From Heptranchias perlo (lineage: Eukaryota): DNA of 64,000 nucleotides. Positions 1 through 12,909 of this stretch are shown here, in pieces. The stretch is taken from positions 38,316,001 through 38,380,000 of the forward strand of contig NC_090342.1 of NCBI RefSeq assembly GCF_035084215.1, given 5' to 3'. Position 1 is the first letter of the stretch. Each line of letters opens with the position of its first letter. Under the pieces are notes generated by a model, which had not been told where the DNA came from, made no database searches, and saw only the letters and a program-made list of their open reading frames with translations. Both the position numbers and the translations under genes were made by a program.

Positions 1-875
1 GCCACCTTATCGACCTTCTGAAAATCACTATGCACTACTTCTAATGCATTTCCTTTATCTATCCAATCAGTCATATCTTCAAAAAACTGTATTAAATATG
101 TTAAACGTGACTTCCCTGTAACAAATCCATGCTAGTCCATAGTTACCCAATTTAACCCTCTCTCCCTTACTGAAAGGTGTTAAATCGGTTACTCTTCAGG
201 CCCACAGTACAACTTGCATATTTAAGGATGATTGAAAAATTGTGGCCAGTACTCTCCTCTGCTCTCCGCCTTCTTTCAACAGCCTAGAATGCATGCCATT
301 AGGGCCCGGTGACTTATCCAACTTGAGTTCTGCTAACTTTTTCAGAACCAATTCTTTCTTTGGTTTTCTCTAACAATTGTTCCATATCTTCTTCTAGTAT
401 ATCTATACTCTCACTTTCACCATCATTTGCAAAAACTGATGCAAAATATTTATTTACTATCTCTGCCATAACTTCATCCTCCGCAATTAAGTCTCCCCCA
501 TCATCCAAGTGGTCAAACCCTCTCTAAATTTTTATATGCTTATAAGGCCCCTTACTTTTTCCTTTTATATTATCTGCTAGCCCTTTTTTTATATTCCCTA
601 TTCTTCCTTCTAAACTACTTTTTCACTTCCCCGCTATACTTTCTACTTCCTCGTGATTTTTAGTATTCTTGGCTCCAATTTTATCATATGCCTCCCTTTT
701 AAGTTTGAGTTTATTTTTAATCTATCTCTATCGATGCAGTTTATTTTTGCTGTCTAAGAATACATTAATTTTGTTCTCTCTCTCCATCCCATATTTGAAG
801 ATTTCCCACTGCTGTTCTGTTGACTTGTTTACTAATTTTTCTGCCTAGTTAATTTGGGCCCGATCCGTTCTTATC
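1..875 (-). mobile_element. CR1 LINE ORF2 fragment (degraded)
   Basis: EVMAEIVNKYFASVF motif, and reverse-strand KSPGPNGMH..RLLKE and CTGKSRLTYLI..FEDMT sequence typical of CR1 ORF2. Confidence 0.8.
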
Positions 876-1256
876 TCAAGTTTTCTTACTACTCTAAGAT
901 CTTCCTAGAGAACAAGAACTCCAAACTCCTCAACAAATCATCTCCTTCAACCATCTTCCACTGAACTCTCCACCCTTACCTCACACTAAATGCGAGCAGC
1001 TCAGGGACTTTTTTGAATCTAAAATGGAGGACATTCATTTTGCAGGAATGCCACAACAGGAATATTTTTCTGATATTATGATGACAATGCAAAAACTAAA
1101 AACATTTTCAATAATAGTACCAGAATTCTTCATTACTCCATTTAGCAGAATTTTCAACTCACATTTTAATATTTTTTTCATCTGAACGCTATCCCACCAC
1201 AGCCATACTCCTGTTTAAAAGCAAACAGTGGTCCAGCCTCCAGTGATCACCAATAA

Positions 1257-1950
1257 CTTCATCGAGCTACATCGAAAGTACAGCACAAAAACAGGCCATT
1301 CGGCGCAACTGGACTATGTCATCGTTTATGTTCCACACAAGCCTCCTCCCTCACTACTTCATCTAACCCTATCAGCATACCCTTCTATTCCTTTCTGCCT
1401 CATGTGCTTATCTAGCTTCCCCTTAAATGCATCTATGCTATTTGCCTCAACTACTCCTTGTGGTAGCACATTCGACATTCTTTTTGGGTAAAGAAGTTTC
1501 TCCTGAATTCCCTATTGGATTTATTAGCAACTAGTTTATATTTATGATCTCTAGTTTTGGACTCCCCCACAAGTGGAATCATTTTCTCTACGTCAACCCT
1601 ATTATCTTAAAGGCCTCTATCAGGTCACCCTTCAGCCTTCTCTTTTCTAGAGAAAAGAGCCCCAGCCTGTTCAGCCTTTCCTGATAAGGATATCCTCAGT
1701 TCTGGTATCATTCTTGTGAATCTTCTTTGCACCCTCTCCAATGCCCCTATATCCTTTCTATAATATGGAGTCCAGAACTGTGCACAATACTCCAAGTGTG
1801 GTCTAATCAAGATTCTATACAAGTTTAACATAACTTCTTTGCTTTTCAATTCTATCCCTCTAGAAATGAACTCTAATGCTTGATTTGCCTTTTGTATGTA
1901 CTCCTAGATCGCTTTGCTCCTCTATCCCATTTAGACTCTTATCCAAGCAG
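1257..1950 (-). mobile_element. CR1 LINE 3' end with internal deletions
   Basis: KSKEVMLNLYRILIRPHLEYCAQFWTPYYRKDIGALERVQRRFTRMIPEL plus the 3' UTR stem GCCGAATGGCCTGTTT..GTGCTGTA. Confidence 0.88.
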
Positions 1951-2221
1951 GAAGTAGTTGGATACTGCTTGGTCAGTCACCAAAACTTGAATATTACAGA
2001 AAAAGGAATTCCAGGTGTTTTTCACCCCTCTCTGCCAGGTAGACAGCCCAGATTGGCAACCACGTCACCTTAGACAGAGCTGGAGTGTAAATTTAAGCTT
2101 AAATTCCAATCTTGACTGTCTCCCAAGTAAGAATCCAATGATCTTATTTTGCTATCTGTCTGCTTTAAATCCTATAAGCAAACATAAACATGAAAGTAAA
2201 TAGATTTCTTTTCCTTAATAC

Positions 2222-2334
2222 CTGAAACACGAGACAGTTTCTGCCTTTCAGTAGAATGCCAATTTTCTCAAGTTCACTCGTGTATTCCGCACGACTGATA
2301 GCTCTATCATTTAATCGAAACTCCGAAGAATTCC
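2222..2334 (-). CDS. SMC1B: SMC1B coding exon 3 (gene continues beyond left edge)
   Basis: GNSSEFRLNDRAISRAEYTSELEKIGILLKGRNCLVFQ, ending at the Q-loop. 113 nt, tgtcag acceptor, CAG|GTATT donor. No further exon recognised in 1-2221. Confidence 0.93.
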
Positions 2335-3053
2335 CTGACAAAGACAATATTGAAAAAAAGTTGAGGCTTCCACTTAGTTTTCATAAATACATTTTGCTTA
2401 TTACATTAGCCTGCTATACAAAATAACCCAAGATAGTTTCTCCATCTGCTTTTCTTCCCTCCTTTCTTGAAGGTGGCGACTCTCATGCTGATGCACAGTT
2501 CCAAACTGGGCGCATGGTACCTCATTCAAGTGTCACTCTTCATGTATAAGCATGGACAGTCTGTGTCCGTGGGCTATTTTACCATGGCAGCATAGTACCT
2601 GAGCCTGATCCTGTCCTCAGCCAAGTTCAAGCAAGCATTTCCAGCAGAGGTTGTTTTATAGCAACCAGACGCAGGAACCTAGGCCAATCTTTCCCCTCCA
2701 TAGCCCAGGGATGCTGATGCGAATTGTAGTGGCCCCACTGTTACCCTGGCTGAGGGTAGGTACATTATGTATTATGGCCAAAAAAAATCAGCTGCACCCT
2801 TTAAAGTAAGAGAAACAAAAATAAACTAAAGTCCTGTTGTAAGGATAGGGTTAATTAAATTGTCTTGAAGTCTCTTTATATTAACTTTCAGCTTTTGCCT
2901 GTTAAGTGAGTTTCAATGTTCAGTTTAGTTAGTTGAAATTAAAAGCTGTACCAAGCAGAGACAGTCTTTAGCTGATAAGAAATTCAGCAGCAGATGAAGA
3001 AGCTGTCTTTGTTAGATCCAGCCTCGAAGAGGCATCTACCTGAATAACACTAC

Positions 3054-3636
3054 GGGCACGATTTTAGCCTGAAAAGACGAGTGGGTTGGGGCGGGGGAGC
3101 AATAACAACTGCAAAAATCTAAAACCCTCTCCCAACCCGCCCATTTCTGGTTTTCACAGCAGCGGGCAAGCAACCCGCTCTCAGGAGGAGGGTTGGGTAT
3201 TAAAAGCTTTTATGGAGGCTGTGGGCCTCCATTTTCAAAGCTTTTTTGATTTTAGCTGCTGGGGGCCAGGATTCCAGGGCCTTCTACTTCACGCCACATG
3301 AGATGAGACAAGAAGGCCCAAAATTCCAGGTAAGTGCCTTTATAAGCACAGCTTGTGGGCCCAGAGGAGCAGGAGTGCTAACCCCAGGCCCAACAAGCCT
3401 AACTGCAATGACCACCCCCACGATGACCCCCCCCCCCCCTCCCCAATCTAACACTTACCTGATCACATCCTCATCCTGGCTCATCTCCCGTCCGACTGAG
3501 AGCCAGCCGGTCAATCAGGCCAGCCTTTCCGTCAAAATCGTAAGGACGTCAGGGAAACCTGTACTTCCAGGTTTCCAGTCAGGAATTCCACCCCCCCCCA
3601 CTGCCCCCTTCCTGGTTCCGGGTTAAAATCATGCCC
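3054..3636. mobile_element. Non-autonomous Harbinger-type MITE
   Basis: TIRs GGGCACGATTTTAGCC ... GGTTAAAATCATGCCC. Confidence 0.7.
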
Positions 3637-3910
3637 TATAGATCTGGAAAATTAGGACGGGTAAACAAGCAGGGCAGCATGATCTATGTGCTGCAAGGAC
3701 AGGACAATCAAATCAGTGTTGAATGATAAATGTGGATTGGGTAATGTAGAAACATGTGAATTCTCACCTAGCAGAGTGAAAAAAAAGGTTTAAGAAGTAC
3801 ATGTTAGAACAGATACTTTGCAATTCATTTAAGGTCTGGCCACCAAGAACCTCCAGGACAAGAAATGTAAAATGTTATGAATTTCCTGTGAACTTGTAAG
3901 ATGTTGCCGT

Positions 3911-3974
3911 ATGTGTACTGTTAAGTACACATACTGTACTGTTAAGTGTATGTGTACTGTTAAGTGTATGTGTA
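3911..3974. repeat. Short tandem repeat, about 20-bp unit TATGTGTACTGTTAAGTG
   Basis: Three copies of TGTACTGTTAAGT visible. Confidence 0.7.
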
Positions 3975-4435
3975 ATTATTGTCAATAATAATTATCACTA
4001 TGCTTAATTTATATGATTTCAAGAAATGTTTTTGAACCCTATTATTTTGAGCAGCAACATAAACTTATAAGTAAAAACACCCATCCTCTAACACTGTTTT
4101 GACATATATTGTTTCTACTTGTACTTTACTTTCTTCCCTTTGTGTTATCTTTCTGGAGCATGTATTTACAAGCCAAAGATGATGACATGGAGGCCTGTCT
4201 ACAAATTATCACCATAAAGCTGATTACTAGGAGGCAAACGGTGACCCAAAATGGTCCGCTTTCCAAAAAAGTTTTAACTGCAATTGATTCAATGATATTG
4301 TCAGGTTTGATTATTGAAGCACAATTCTCAACTAAAAAGTGCATTTGTGATTAAACCATAACAGATACAATGACAATAATAGTCAGTAATGTGAAAACCG
4401 TACAATCAGAAACAGCGACCCCCCGCACACATTAC

Positions 4436-4624
4436 CAATAATGGCTCTGGTAAATGTTAACTCTTCTCCATTTTCTTTTTCATACAGCATGGTGACCCTT
4501 GCTGTAGTTGACACAGGATGCCCCATATGAGCACCATGAATCAGATCCTTGATGTGCTTCACTCTGAGATTAGCAGTTCTTTCGCCCATCACAAAACTGA
4601 TAGCATCCATTACATTGGATTTCC
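4436..4624 (-). CDS. SMC1B: SMC1B coding exon 2
   Basis: GKSNVMDAISFVMGERTANLRVKHIKDLIHGAHMGHPVSTTARVTMLYEKENGEELTFTRAIIG. 189 nt, caacag acceptor, GT donor, phase 1-1. Confidence 0.95.
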
Positions 4625-6351
4625 CTGTTGGTGAAAGCAAAAAAACCAAATAAAAATATTCACCTTAAAAAAACAGGTATTACAGCACAAAACCAATACT
4701 CTATATAGTCATACTCAATATACCATTATTTTTAAATCTTTAAAACACAACCGTGACAGCAAGCAAATCAATTCCCATCAATTATCTTTTTCCACTGCAA
4801 AGGTTAATAATAGACATTTGGTTGAAAGAACTTGCATTGATACAGCCTTTCACAATCTCAAGATGTTCCAATTTGATAGGAATGCTAGGGGAGGTTATTT
4901 TAAAGATTCTATTTGATGTTCAAGACTCCATTCTATAGTTAAGACAGTTTTTGCAGAATCTGTAGAATATCAACAAATCAGCTCAAATCTGCGAGGCCGT
5001 ACCGACTGTCGTCATAAAAGATGGCCTTATGTAGTTTTATATAAACAGAATTATGCATTCTATATACATTTTACAACTATGTTTACCTTTTCTGAACATG
5101 TCAGGACAGATTTGTAATGAAGAGGTGTGATGTAACAGCCTTTTAGCTGAGGATAAAAAGCAAGACAACTGTATGAAAGTTAGAGAAGATCGGGGGGGGG
5201 GGGGGGGGGGTGGCGGCAGAAAAGAGAGGTAATCACCCCGTGACTGAACTCAGCAACTGTAACTAAGACCTCCCGCAGCCTTCGCATCGTTATGTGTGTT
5301 GTGGGTATCATTTCTTCTAATAAAATCTGTAAACAAAGCCTGATGCAGAGCAAAGCCCCCTCTACAATGTCCCATCAAACATTCCACATAGTGACAGCCA
5401 TAGCATAGTGAAATCAAGAGTGTTGTCAGCAGACATATGAAAGCTGACACCATGCTTAAAAATGTCACTGAAGAATATATATGTGAGAAATGGGGAGTCA
5501 AGGGTGGAGTAGTGGCACATTAGAGGTAATGGCATAGGAGAAGGCACTGCAAGAAATGTGCTTCTTACAATGGGACAGATAGAAAAGCAACTATGAAAGT
5601 CTTAGAGGTGGACCTCCAAGGAAGATGATGATGATGATCAAGGATGCAATTATCAACCAGGGAAGTTGAGGGACCAACATGTCATCATCACAATCGACAT
5701 GACAGCACTGGCAGCTTTCACGAGGATGATTTTCTTGCTATGGATAAGGCAACAGCAACGTTTGAAGGGATTTGAACAGGCGATGGTGGCCATGGTGATG
5801 GGTGCTGATGACATTATAGGATCTTGTTGAAGCAGGGTAGGTGCAAATGGAGAGGGTGGAAGGGTCAAGAGTGGACTTTTTAAAAAAAATTGGTGAATGG
5901 CAGCAGTTTTGAGGAGACAGGGTTAAAAGGAGCCATGTGAAAAATACCCACTTCAATATTTCTCCAGACTGCATTTACTGATCCATACTGGTCTTGCACA
6001 CCCACCTGTCTCGTGTATTGAATTAATGTCACATCCGACGGAGACAGTTGAGAAGATTACTAGATCCACACAAAATGCCCTGAGTTTCAACCACCTTAGT
6101 CTAAAATCAATTTATCTTTAGGTACATTCACTCAGCCCAGAGAATCTTCTGAAATGCTATGGACCCCTCAATTCAGGTCTCCAGCTCCAGATAGACCCTA
6201 CACTGCTGATACCTGGAGAGATTTTATCACTCATTCCCCTCGAGGAGACAGATACAGTTCTGTCTCTCCCTGGGGTGCTAACACGTATTGTACAGTGTCT
6301 CAGACAGAAATTAGTCAGATAAAACAGGTAGTGGGTAGAGGCAAGTCTTAT

Positions 6352-6750
6352 CATACAATGATACAACATAGAAGGAGACCATTCGTGCCTCTTTGGTAGA
6401 GCTATCCAATTAGTCCCATTCCCTTGCTCGTTCCCCGCAGTCCCACAAACGTTCCCCTTTCGAGTATCTGTCCAATTCCCTTTTGAAAGTTATTATTGCA
6501 TCTGCTTCCACCACCCTTTCAGGTAGTGCATTCCAGATCATAACAACTCACTGTGTAAAAAAATTCCCCTCATCTCACCGTTAGCTCTTTTGCCAACAAC
6601 ATTAATCTGTGACCTCTGGTTACTATCCTTCCTGCCACTAGAAAGGTTCTCCTTATTTACTCTATCAAAACCCTTCATCATTTTGAAAACTTCTATTAAA
6701 TCTCCCCTGAATCTTCTCTGCTCTAAGAAGAACAACTCCAATTTCTCTGG
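6352..6750 (-). mobile_element. CR1 LINE 3' fragment in SMC1B intron 1
   Basis: EKLELFFLEQRRFRGDLIEVFKMMKGFDRVNKE. This explains the apparent 138-aa read-through ORF from SMC1B exon 1. Confidence 0.85.
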
Positions 6751-6845
6751 ATACGAACGAGATTTGTTCCAGGGTCTGCCCTTGGATCTAAGCACGATGT
6801 TCCCGGACAGTCGGCCTGGGAAGGCGGGGACGCGCGGTTTATTAC

Positions 6846-6954
6846 CTGATCCATTCGGACCGATGATGCAGTTAAACCGCATGAACGGCCCAATCAACTG
6901 CCGGCCACGCCACGACTTGAAGTTTTCTACTTCGATTAACTGTAAAGTGCCCAT
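6846..6954 (-). CDS. SMC1B: SMC1B (meiotic cohesin SMC1-beta) coding exon 1
   Basis: MGTLQLIEVENFKSWRGRQLIGPFMRFNCIIGPNGSG, containing the start of the Walker A motif. 109 nt, donor CAG|GTAAT. The ENFKSWRGRQ and CIIGPNGSG residues are SMC1B-like rather than SMC1A-like, and the gene neighbours RIBC2 and FBLN1. Confidence 0.95.
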
Positions 6955-7463
6955 TCCGAAAGCCTGGCGGTTGAACGCTAAATATTATTGTTTTAAATAC
7001 TGTTAGAAATTTCTGTCACAAGGCACGAACGTCTCTCCGGCATCGAACACCCTCAATTGGCGCCAAGTTCGCAATGAAAACGCACGAACTCACGAGTATG
7101 AGCGCGAGAGTAGATATCGCGAGAACTAGAGATATTCAACGGCAACGTGACCGAAGAAACGATATCGCGAAAATTTCCGAGATGTCGTTTCTGTTCCCCT
7201 GTCGCCTAGCAACATTTTTGTTTACATACGCATTGCCCAAGTAAAATATGCCTGCACTTGTGAGCGAGCCTTGGACTTGAAGAGGGGAGGGGGAAGGGTA
7301 AAATAGACAAGTATCTCCTTGATCAACATATTGTTGCAGACAATAAGTTACCTGTTACTGATTTGTTTGCTTTTAAAGATCGTTGTTTCTTGTTGAATTG
7401 TATAAATTTAAATCTTGGTTTGGTCGTTTTAAGTGTAAGAGAATAATACCCAGACTCTGAAAG
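6955..7463. promoter_or_regulatory. Bidirectional CpG-rich promoter shared by SMC1B and RIBC2
   Basis: 509 bp between divergent ATGs, with local CpG enrichment in a CpG-poor window. Contains palindrome TTGGCGCCAA (E2F-type) at 7057-7066, TATCGCGAGA at 7115-7124 and TATCGCGAAA at 7163-7172 (BANP/CGCG type), and X-box GTCGCCTAGCAAC at 7201-7213. Confidence 0.85.
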
Positions 7464-7580
7464 ATGTACAAACTGGATGGTCCGGTTGATTTGAAAGAGG
7501 CTGCCATTATAGCGAGAAGAAGAGACTTGGAATTACAGAGGCAGAACAGGGTTTTTAATGTCAGACTCAGAACAATTGGG
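7464..7580 (+). CDS. RIBC2: RIBC2 (RIB43A-like with coiled-coils 2) coding exon 1
   Basis: MYKLDGPVDLKEAAIIARRRDLELQRQNRVFNVRLRTIG. 117 nt, donor GGG|GTAAGT. Confidence 0.93.
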
Positions 7581-7723
7581 GTAAGTGTGGAATGTGTAGA
7601 ATTTTCCCTTTATATAATGTATAATATAATTTTATCGTGCATTATAATCCGGAGTTTTTACTGATATGTGACTTGTTACAAGAATTCTGGAAGTAAGGCG
7701 AATACCTAACTTACTTGGAGATG

Positions 7724-7818
7724 ACCGTTCACCTGAGGAAGGAGGAAGCCTCCGAAAGCTTGTGGAATTTAAAATAAATTTGTTGGACTATAACTTGGTG
7801 TTGTAAAATTGTTTACAA
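7724..7818 (+). mobile_element. Penelope-like element terminal fragment with 13-bp TSD
   Basis: Hammerhead motif plus AATAAA plus TGTTGGACTATAACTTGGTGTTGTAA. Flanked by TTACTTGGAGATG at 7711-7723 and 7819-7831. Confidence 0.8.
7728..7767 (+). ncRNA. Minimal type I hammerhead ribozyme motif (Penelope-associated)
   Basis: TTCAC-CTGAGGA-A-GGAGG-AAG-CCTCC-GAAA-GCTT-GTGGAA: intact CUGANGA/GAAA core, stems I and II, and palindromic AAGCTT in place of helix III. Confidence 0.8.
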
Positions 7819-8352
7819 TTACTTGGAGATGGTGATATAAAGATTAAAGAAAACATAATCTGTTATTTATTTTGTCAGTACCAATTAATGTTAGAATGTA
7901 AAAATGTGCTATCTCAAAATATTTGAAACACATTTGTCCTCAGTATCTTTAGAGAAATAGAAATGCCCCTGACTAAAACATGTTTTATACTTGAACATCA
8001 AGCATTCTGGAAATAGAAGGACCATTTAATAGAGTATAAAATCAATCCACCTAAAAGTACTTTTGATTATATCATGTTTTAGGTTAAAAAAATCATGCAC
8101 AGGTTAATAATCCTATTAAAACAGATCACAAAGAAATTTTCTCTTGGCTCCGAGTTGGGTTGTATTTTGAGCTTTGCCACCAGTAAATTGTAAATGCAAA
8201 CAGTGCCATTGATTGCATATATTTAAATATTACTTTATAGTGAACATTATTCCAGATGTGCAGAGTTTGTGTGGACCATAGCAATAGACAAGCAGACTGC
8301 AAGGAATTTGTACAAATATTTTTTAAATGTATACTGAACTTTTTTTTAAAAG

Positions 8353-8434
8353 ATTGATCAACAGGCATTGGATGGCCAAATCAATGATAGGAAAATTCAG
8401 GAAGAGACAGAAGCTAGAAAACACACAGCCTTTG
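8353..8434 (+). CDS. RIBC2: RIBC2 coding exon 2
   Basis: IDQQALDGQINDRKIQEETEARKHTAF. 82 nt, tttaaaag acceptor, TTG|GTAAGT donor, phase 0-1. Confidence 0.92.
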
Positions 8435-8719
8435 GTAAGTTCTAGACTCCTGATGATTTAAGGGAGTGAGTAAGCTGGTGATTAGATGACTAAAATACCA
8501 CCTCTTCCTCCTCCTGTCCAGTGTCCATTCAGGTACATGCAAATGTCTGGCCATGAGAGAAAATACAGAAATGATCCTCTTTGATAGCTGCCAAGAGCCA
8601 AAAGTAAAAACAAAGCATCTTTCAAACCCAGTTCCCAAAGGAAATGAGTCCAGATAAAATTTCCAAAGTATGGTTGGCATCAGTTTATTAGAACATAAGA
8701 AAAAATCTTCTTTTAATGT

Positions 8720-9120
8720 TAGCTTCCAATCTCTCCCCTCCATCCTATTTCTCTGCCACAAACTTTTTTGTTGCTGTCTTAGTTTATCAATACTACTATG
8801 GCCATTCCTGCTTTCAGTTTTCCTCTCATGCTCCTTCTAAATTGCAAATATGCTATCCTACATGCTCATCCATCCTGCATCTCCACGCTGTTGAAATCAA
8901 GACTCATTGCACTGTCTCCTACTCTAATACATTGTTTCACAGGATCTCAAAACTGTGGAACTCTTTACTTCCCCGGTTTTCCCTTCCTCATGCACTGTAT
9001 AGGCATTTAAAACCTAAGCTTGGCATTACCTAAATATTACTGCAACTCTACCCTTGAACCTTAGTAGGCTCCTGCACTACTCGTCTTAGCCCTTCACTTA
9101 GCTATTTCTATTAAAGTAAA
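8720..9120 (+). mobile_element. Old CR1/L2-group LINE 3' fragment
   Basis: HLHAVEIKTHCTVSYSNTLFHRISKLWNSLLP resembles a LINE ORF2 C-terminus. Confidence 0.55.
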
Positions 9121-9989
9121 AGTTATTAGAAAGGCCATTCAGGTCATCAAGCTATAAACTATTGCAAGCTATCATTTGGACAACAATTTCACTTACTAAA
9201 TCTCACGTCCTTACATGCTTTTACCCCACAAAATGCCTCACATAGCATATAATTGTTTGGTGCATGCATCAAGTCATCAAACCCATTATAGTATGACTGC
9301 TGACACAGGGTTTTATTACATGTCATGGTAACCAAAGGTAATTCTTTTTGCAATTTTTTCCAGGATAAGACAGCTCATAACATGAGGGAGAGCTGCAACA
9401 GGTGACTGTCCCCCAAATCTTGAAACTGTTACTCTGCTGTGAGGAAGAAGCTCTTTAAATTCTGGGGTGGGAGGGCATAGAGTATGTCATAAATGGAGAA
9501 GTAGGACCCAGAAGGGCATTTTCAAGCTGCAGGTTCATGTTGAACTTTTGCTTCTCTTCTTTCCCCTCTTGCTTTAACTGTCAGCAGACCGTGGGAGGGT
9601 CAAGCTTAAGATGGGTCAAATGGCCTTCCTTATCTGTATTCATCATGTGAACAATATTGTTACACCACATCTAAACTTCATAGTGTCTTGTGCTAAATCT
9701 CAATGCAAGGACAACGAAAGATTTACAGAACCCTACCTTTAGCTGCTTCCTTTTGCAGTCATTAGTTCCAATTCAATCATACTTCCTATGAATTCTGATT
9801 CATTACAGTTTGTCCCATTGATGAATTTTGAACATTGTGACAGTATAAATAATCATCAAGTCCTGAAATTTCTCAGGGCTGTTTTATGCTGCAGTTGCAA
9901 TGGAGGGGTGGGGTCAGCTTTTTGGATGAAATGACAAGTCATCAGGCACAATTATTCAATGACTCTCTAATTCTTTCACCTGAATCCTG

Positions 9990-11450
9990 TGTTTGGAACT
10001 CCCTACACAAGCCTTACTCACATCCAACCCTTTAAAGCTCCATACCCTCTTGTGACAGGGTCCTTCCAGCACTTCCTCTCTCTACTACATCAGCTGTTTG
10101 CTGCTATCTGGGAGATGTCGTTCACATACTTGCCTTCACCTAATGCTGTTAATCTTGTTGAAGAAACAACCTGCTCACAATGCCTGGAAGAGGCAGTGGA
10201 ATATCAGACATCAGATATCCAATGCCATACAAAAAGCAGGCAATGGAGCTGCTGGGAGGATACTCCACCTTGGCTGTAGGACATGACTAGGTTGAAGGGC
10301 TGGTACCAGCTCCACATGAATGGGTGCAAAGCAGTACCTACATCTGCTTCACTATAAAGAACCCAGCTGGCAGAAAATTCTAGACCTGTCTCTATCTTGT
10401 CAGTGTCTCTGGGTGCTCTGCAAACCCATTCTTGGTTCATTTCCTCTACTACAGATCTATCTCAACAACTCGATTGTGGGGGCGGGGGGGGAGAGGGGGA
10501 GGGGCAGATGAGGTGGAAACAAATTACCTATTGGTTGATTATGGTGATGAAGAGGAAGATGGTGAAGAACCTGGTCCATCTGCCTCTGGTCATCCCAGAT
10601 CAATTCGATCCCGTCCTTCACTGTCCCACTCACCAACTCAAAAACTCTCACCTGGGGGGATCAAGATATTGGGATGGGGAATTTACACTGTGTGATTCAC
10701 AGATCATGAGGAAGCCAGAAAGCTGAGAAGCCAGAGGATTCCAATCTCATGGGACTTGCTATGAAAAATAGGATATTCAAAGACCATCACATCTTTGTTA
10801 AGGCACTGAGGTCACTCACCAGGATGTGCAGCAGATAGCAGGGATTATGGTGGGGTTCACTGCACTCATGTGGCAACATCAGGAAAGTATTTTCCTTGTT
10901 GCAGACATCAGTGGACCATGTGTCAGCTTCATTTTAGTCTGTGACCCTCGCTCACTCTGCAGCAGTGGTCCAGCACATGTATGTGCCTTGACCTCGTAAG
11001 CATAGATTCCAACCCTTGAGACCATGGAGAATAGACTTGAGAGAATCATTTAGTCTGGTCTTCTGACACTTAGCATCGGCTTGCAGGAGAAACTCTTTTT
11101 CAGGCTTTGAGGAACTGGTGGGAACCATCAGACCTGCCCGCCCGCTGATTAGTGGCCAACCTGAACCTGGACCCAGTACCTGCAGCATGACTGCAATCGA
11201 CTGACATGATGCAACTGTGTCTCAAGATAGCAGTGTATGCCAGACCTCTGGCGTAGCCGCTCTGAGGCCTACTCAAAAGCCATGCAAGAAGCAAGGCCAT
11301 ACTGCTCAGGCAGTCGCACAAAAGATGCAGCTAACAGCGATCCTTCCCTGGACTCAGCTGTGATGAGACAAGGGCCACCTTAAGCTCATTCCAATCCAGC
11401 AGACAGACATCTCTCGTGACAGTGAACCTCAATTGACACTTAGGAGAAGC
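9990..11450 (+). mobile_element. Highly degraded probable Harbinger relic
   Basis: VTGSFQ piece resembling the Harbinger transposase ASGSFQ motif, and an acidic DEEEDGEEPGPSAS tract like Harbinger Myb-protein linkers. No TIRs identified. Confidence 0.35.
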
Positions 11451-11459
11451 ATCAAGCAT

Positions 11460-12909
11460 CAACACTGGCATCTACCCAACAATGTGGAAAATTGCCCAGG
11501 TATGTCCTGTCCACAAAAAGCAGGACAAATCGAATCCGGCCAATTACCGCCCCATCAGTCTACTATCAATCATCAGCAAAGCGATGGAAGGTGTCATCGA
11601 CAGTGCTATCAAGCGGCACTTACTCACCAATAACCTGCTCACCGATGCTCAGTTTGGTTTCCTCCAGGACCACTCAGCTCCAGACCTCATTACAGCCTTG
11701 GTCCAAACATGGACAAAAGAGCTGAATTCCAAAGGTGAGGTGAGAGTGACTACCCTTGACATCAAGGCAGCATTTGACCAAGTGTGGCACCAAGGAGCCC
11801 TAGAAAAATTGAAGTCAATGGGAATCAGGGGGAAAACTCTCCAGTGGCTGGAGTCATACCTAGCACAAAGGAAGATGGTAGTGGTTGTTGGAGGTCAATC
11901 TTCTCAGCCCCAGGACATTGCTGCAGGAGTTCCTCAGGGCAGTATCCTGGGCCCAACCATCTTCAGTTGCTTCATCAATAACCTTCCCTCCATCATAAGG
12001 TCAGAAATGGGGATGTTTGCTGATGATTGCACAGTGTTCAATTGCATTCGCAACCCCTCAGATAATGAAGCAGTCCGAGCCCGCATGCAGCAAGACCTGG
12101 ACAACATCCAGGCTTGGGCTGATAACTGGCAAGTAACATTCGCACCAGACAAGTGCCAGGCAATGACCATCTCCAACAAGAGAGAGTCTAACCAACTCCC
12201 CTTGACATTCAACGGCATTACCACCACCGAATCCCCCACCATCAACATCCTGGGGTTCACCATTGACCAGAAACTTAACTGGACCAGCCATATAAATACT
12301 GTGGCTACAAGAGTAGGTCAGAGGTAGGGTATTCTGCAGCGAGTGACTCCACAAAGCCTTTCCACCATCTACAAGGCACAAGTCAGGAGTGTGATGGAAT
12401 ACTCTCCACTTGCCTGAATGAGTGCAGCTCCAACAACACTCAAGAAGTTCGACACCATCCAGGACAAAGCAGCTCGCTTGATTGGCACCCCATCCACCAT
12501 CCTAAACATTCACTCCCTTCACCACCGGTGCACTGTGGCTGCAGTGTGTACCATCCACCGGATGCACTGCAGCAACTCGCCAAGGTTTCTTCGACAGCAC
12601 CTCCCAAACCCGCGACCTCTACCACCTAGAAGGACAAGAGCAGCAGGCACATGGGAACAATACCACCTGCACGTTCCCCTCCAAGTCACACACCATCCTG
12701 ACTTGGAAATATATCGCTGTTCCTTCATCGTCGCTGGGTCAAAATCCTGGAACTCCCTTCCTAACAGCACTATGGGAGAACCTTCACCACACGGACTGCA
12801 GCGGTTCAAGAAGGCGGCTCACCACCACCTTCTCAAGGGCAATTAGGGATGGGTAATAAATGCTGTCCTCGCCAGCGACGCCAACATCCCATGAACGAAT
12901 AAAAAAAAA
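11460..12909 (+). mobile_element. Young 5'-truncated CR1/L2-group LINE (RT to 3' end)
   Basis: 281-aa RT ORF (NYRPISLLS, LDIKAAFD, GVPQGSILGP, FADD), premature stops downstream, and a 3' tail CATCCCATGAACGAATAAAAAAAAA. Confidence 0.95.

Noticed and set aside
5192-5210. Poly-G run (and poly-C at about 26889-26911) as functional G-quadruplex
   Set aside because: Simple homopolymers, length unreliable, no supporting context.
6538-6845. 138-aa ORF suggesting an SMC1-CR1 fusion protein
   Set aside because: Read-through past a good donor into intron 1 and a CR1 fragment; the spliced exon 1-2 junction restores the Walker A motif.
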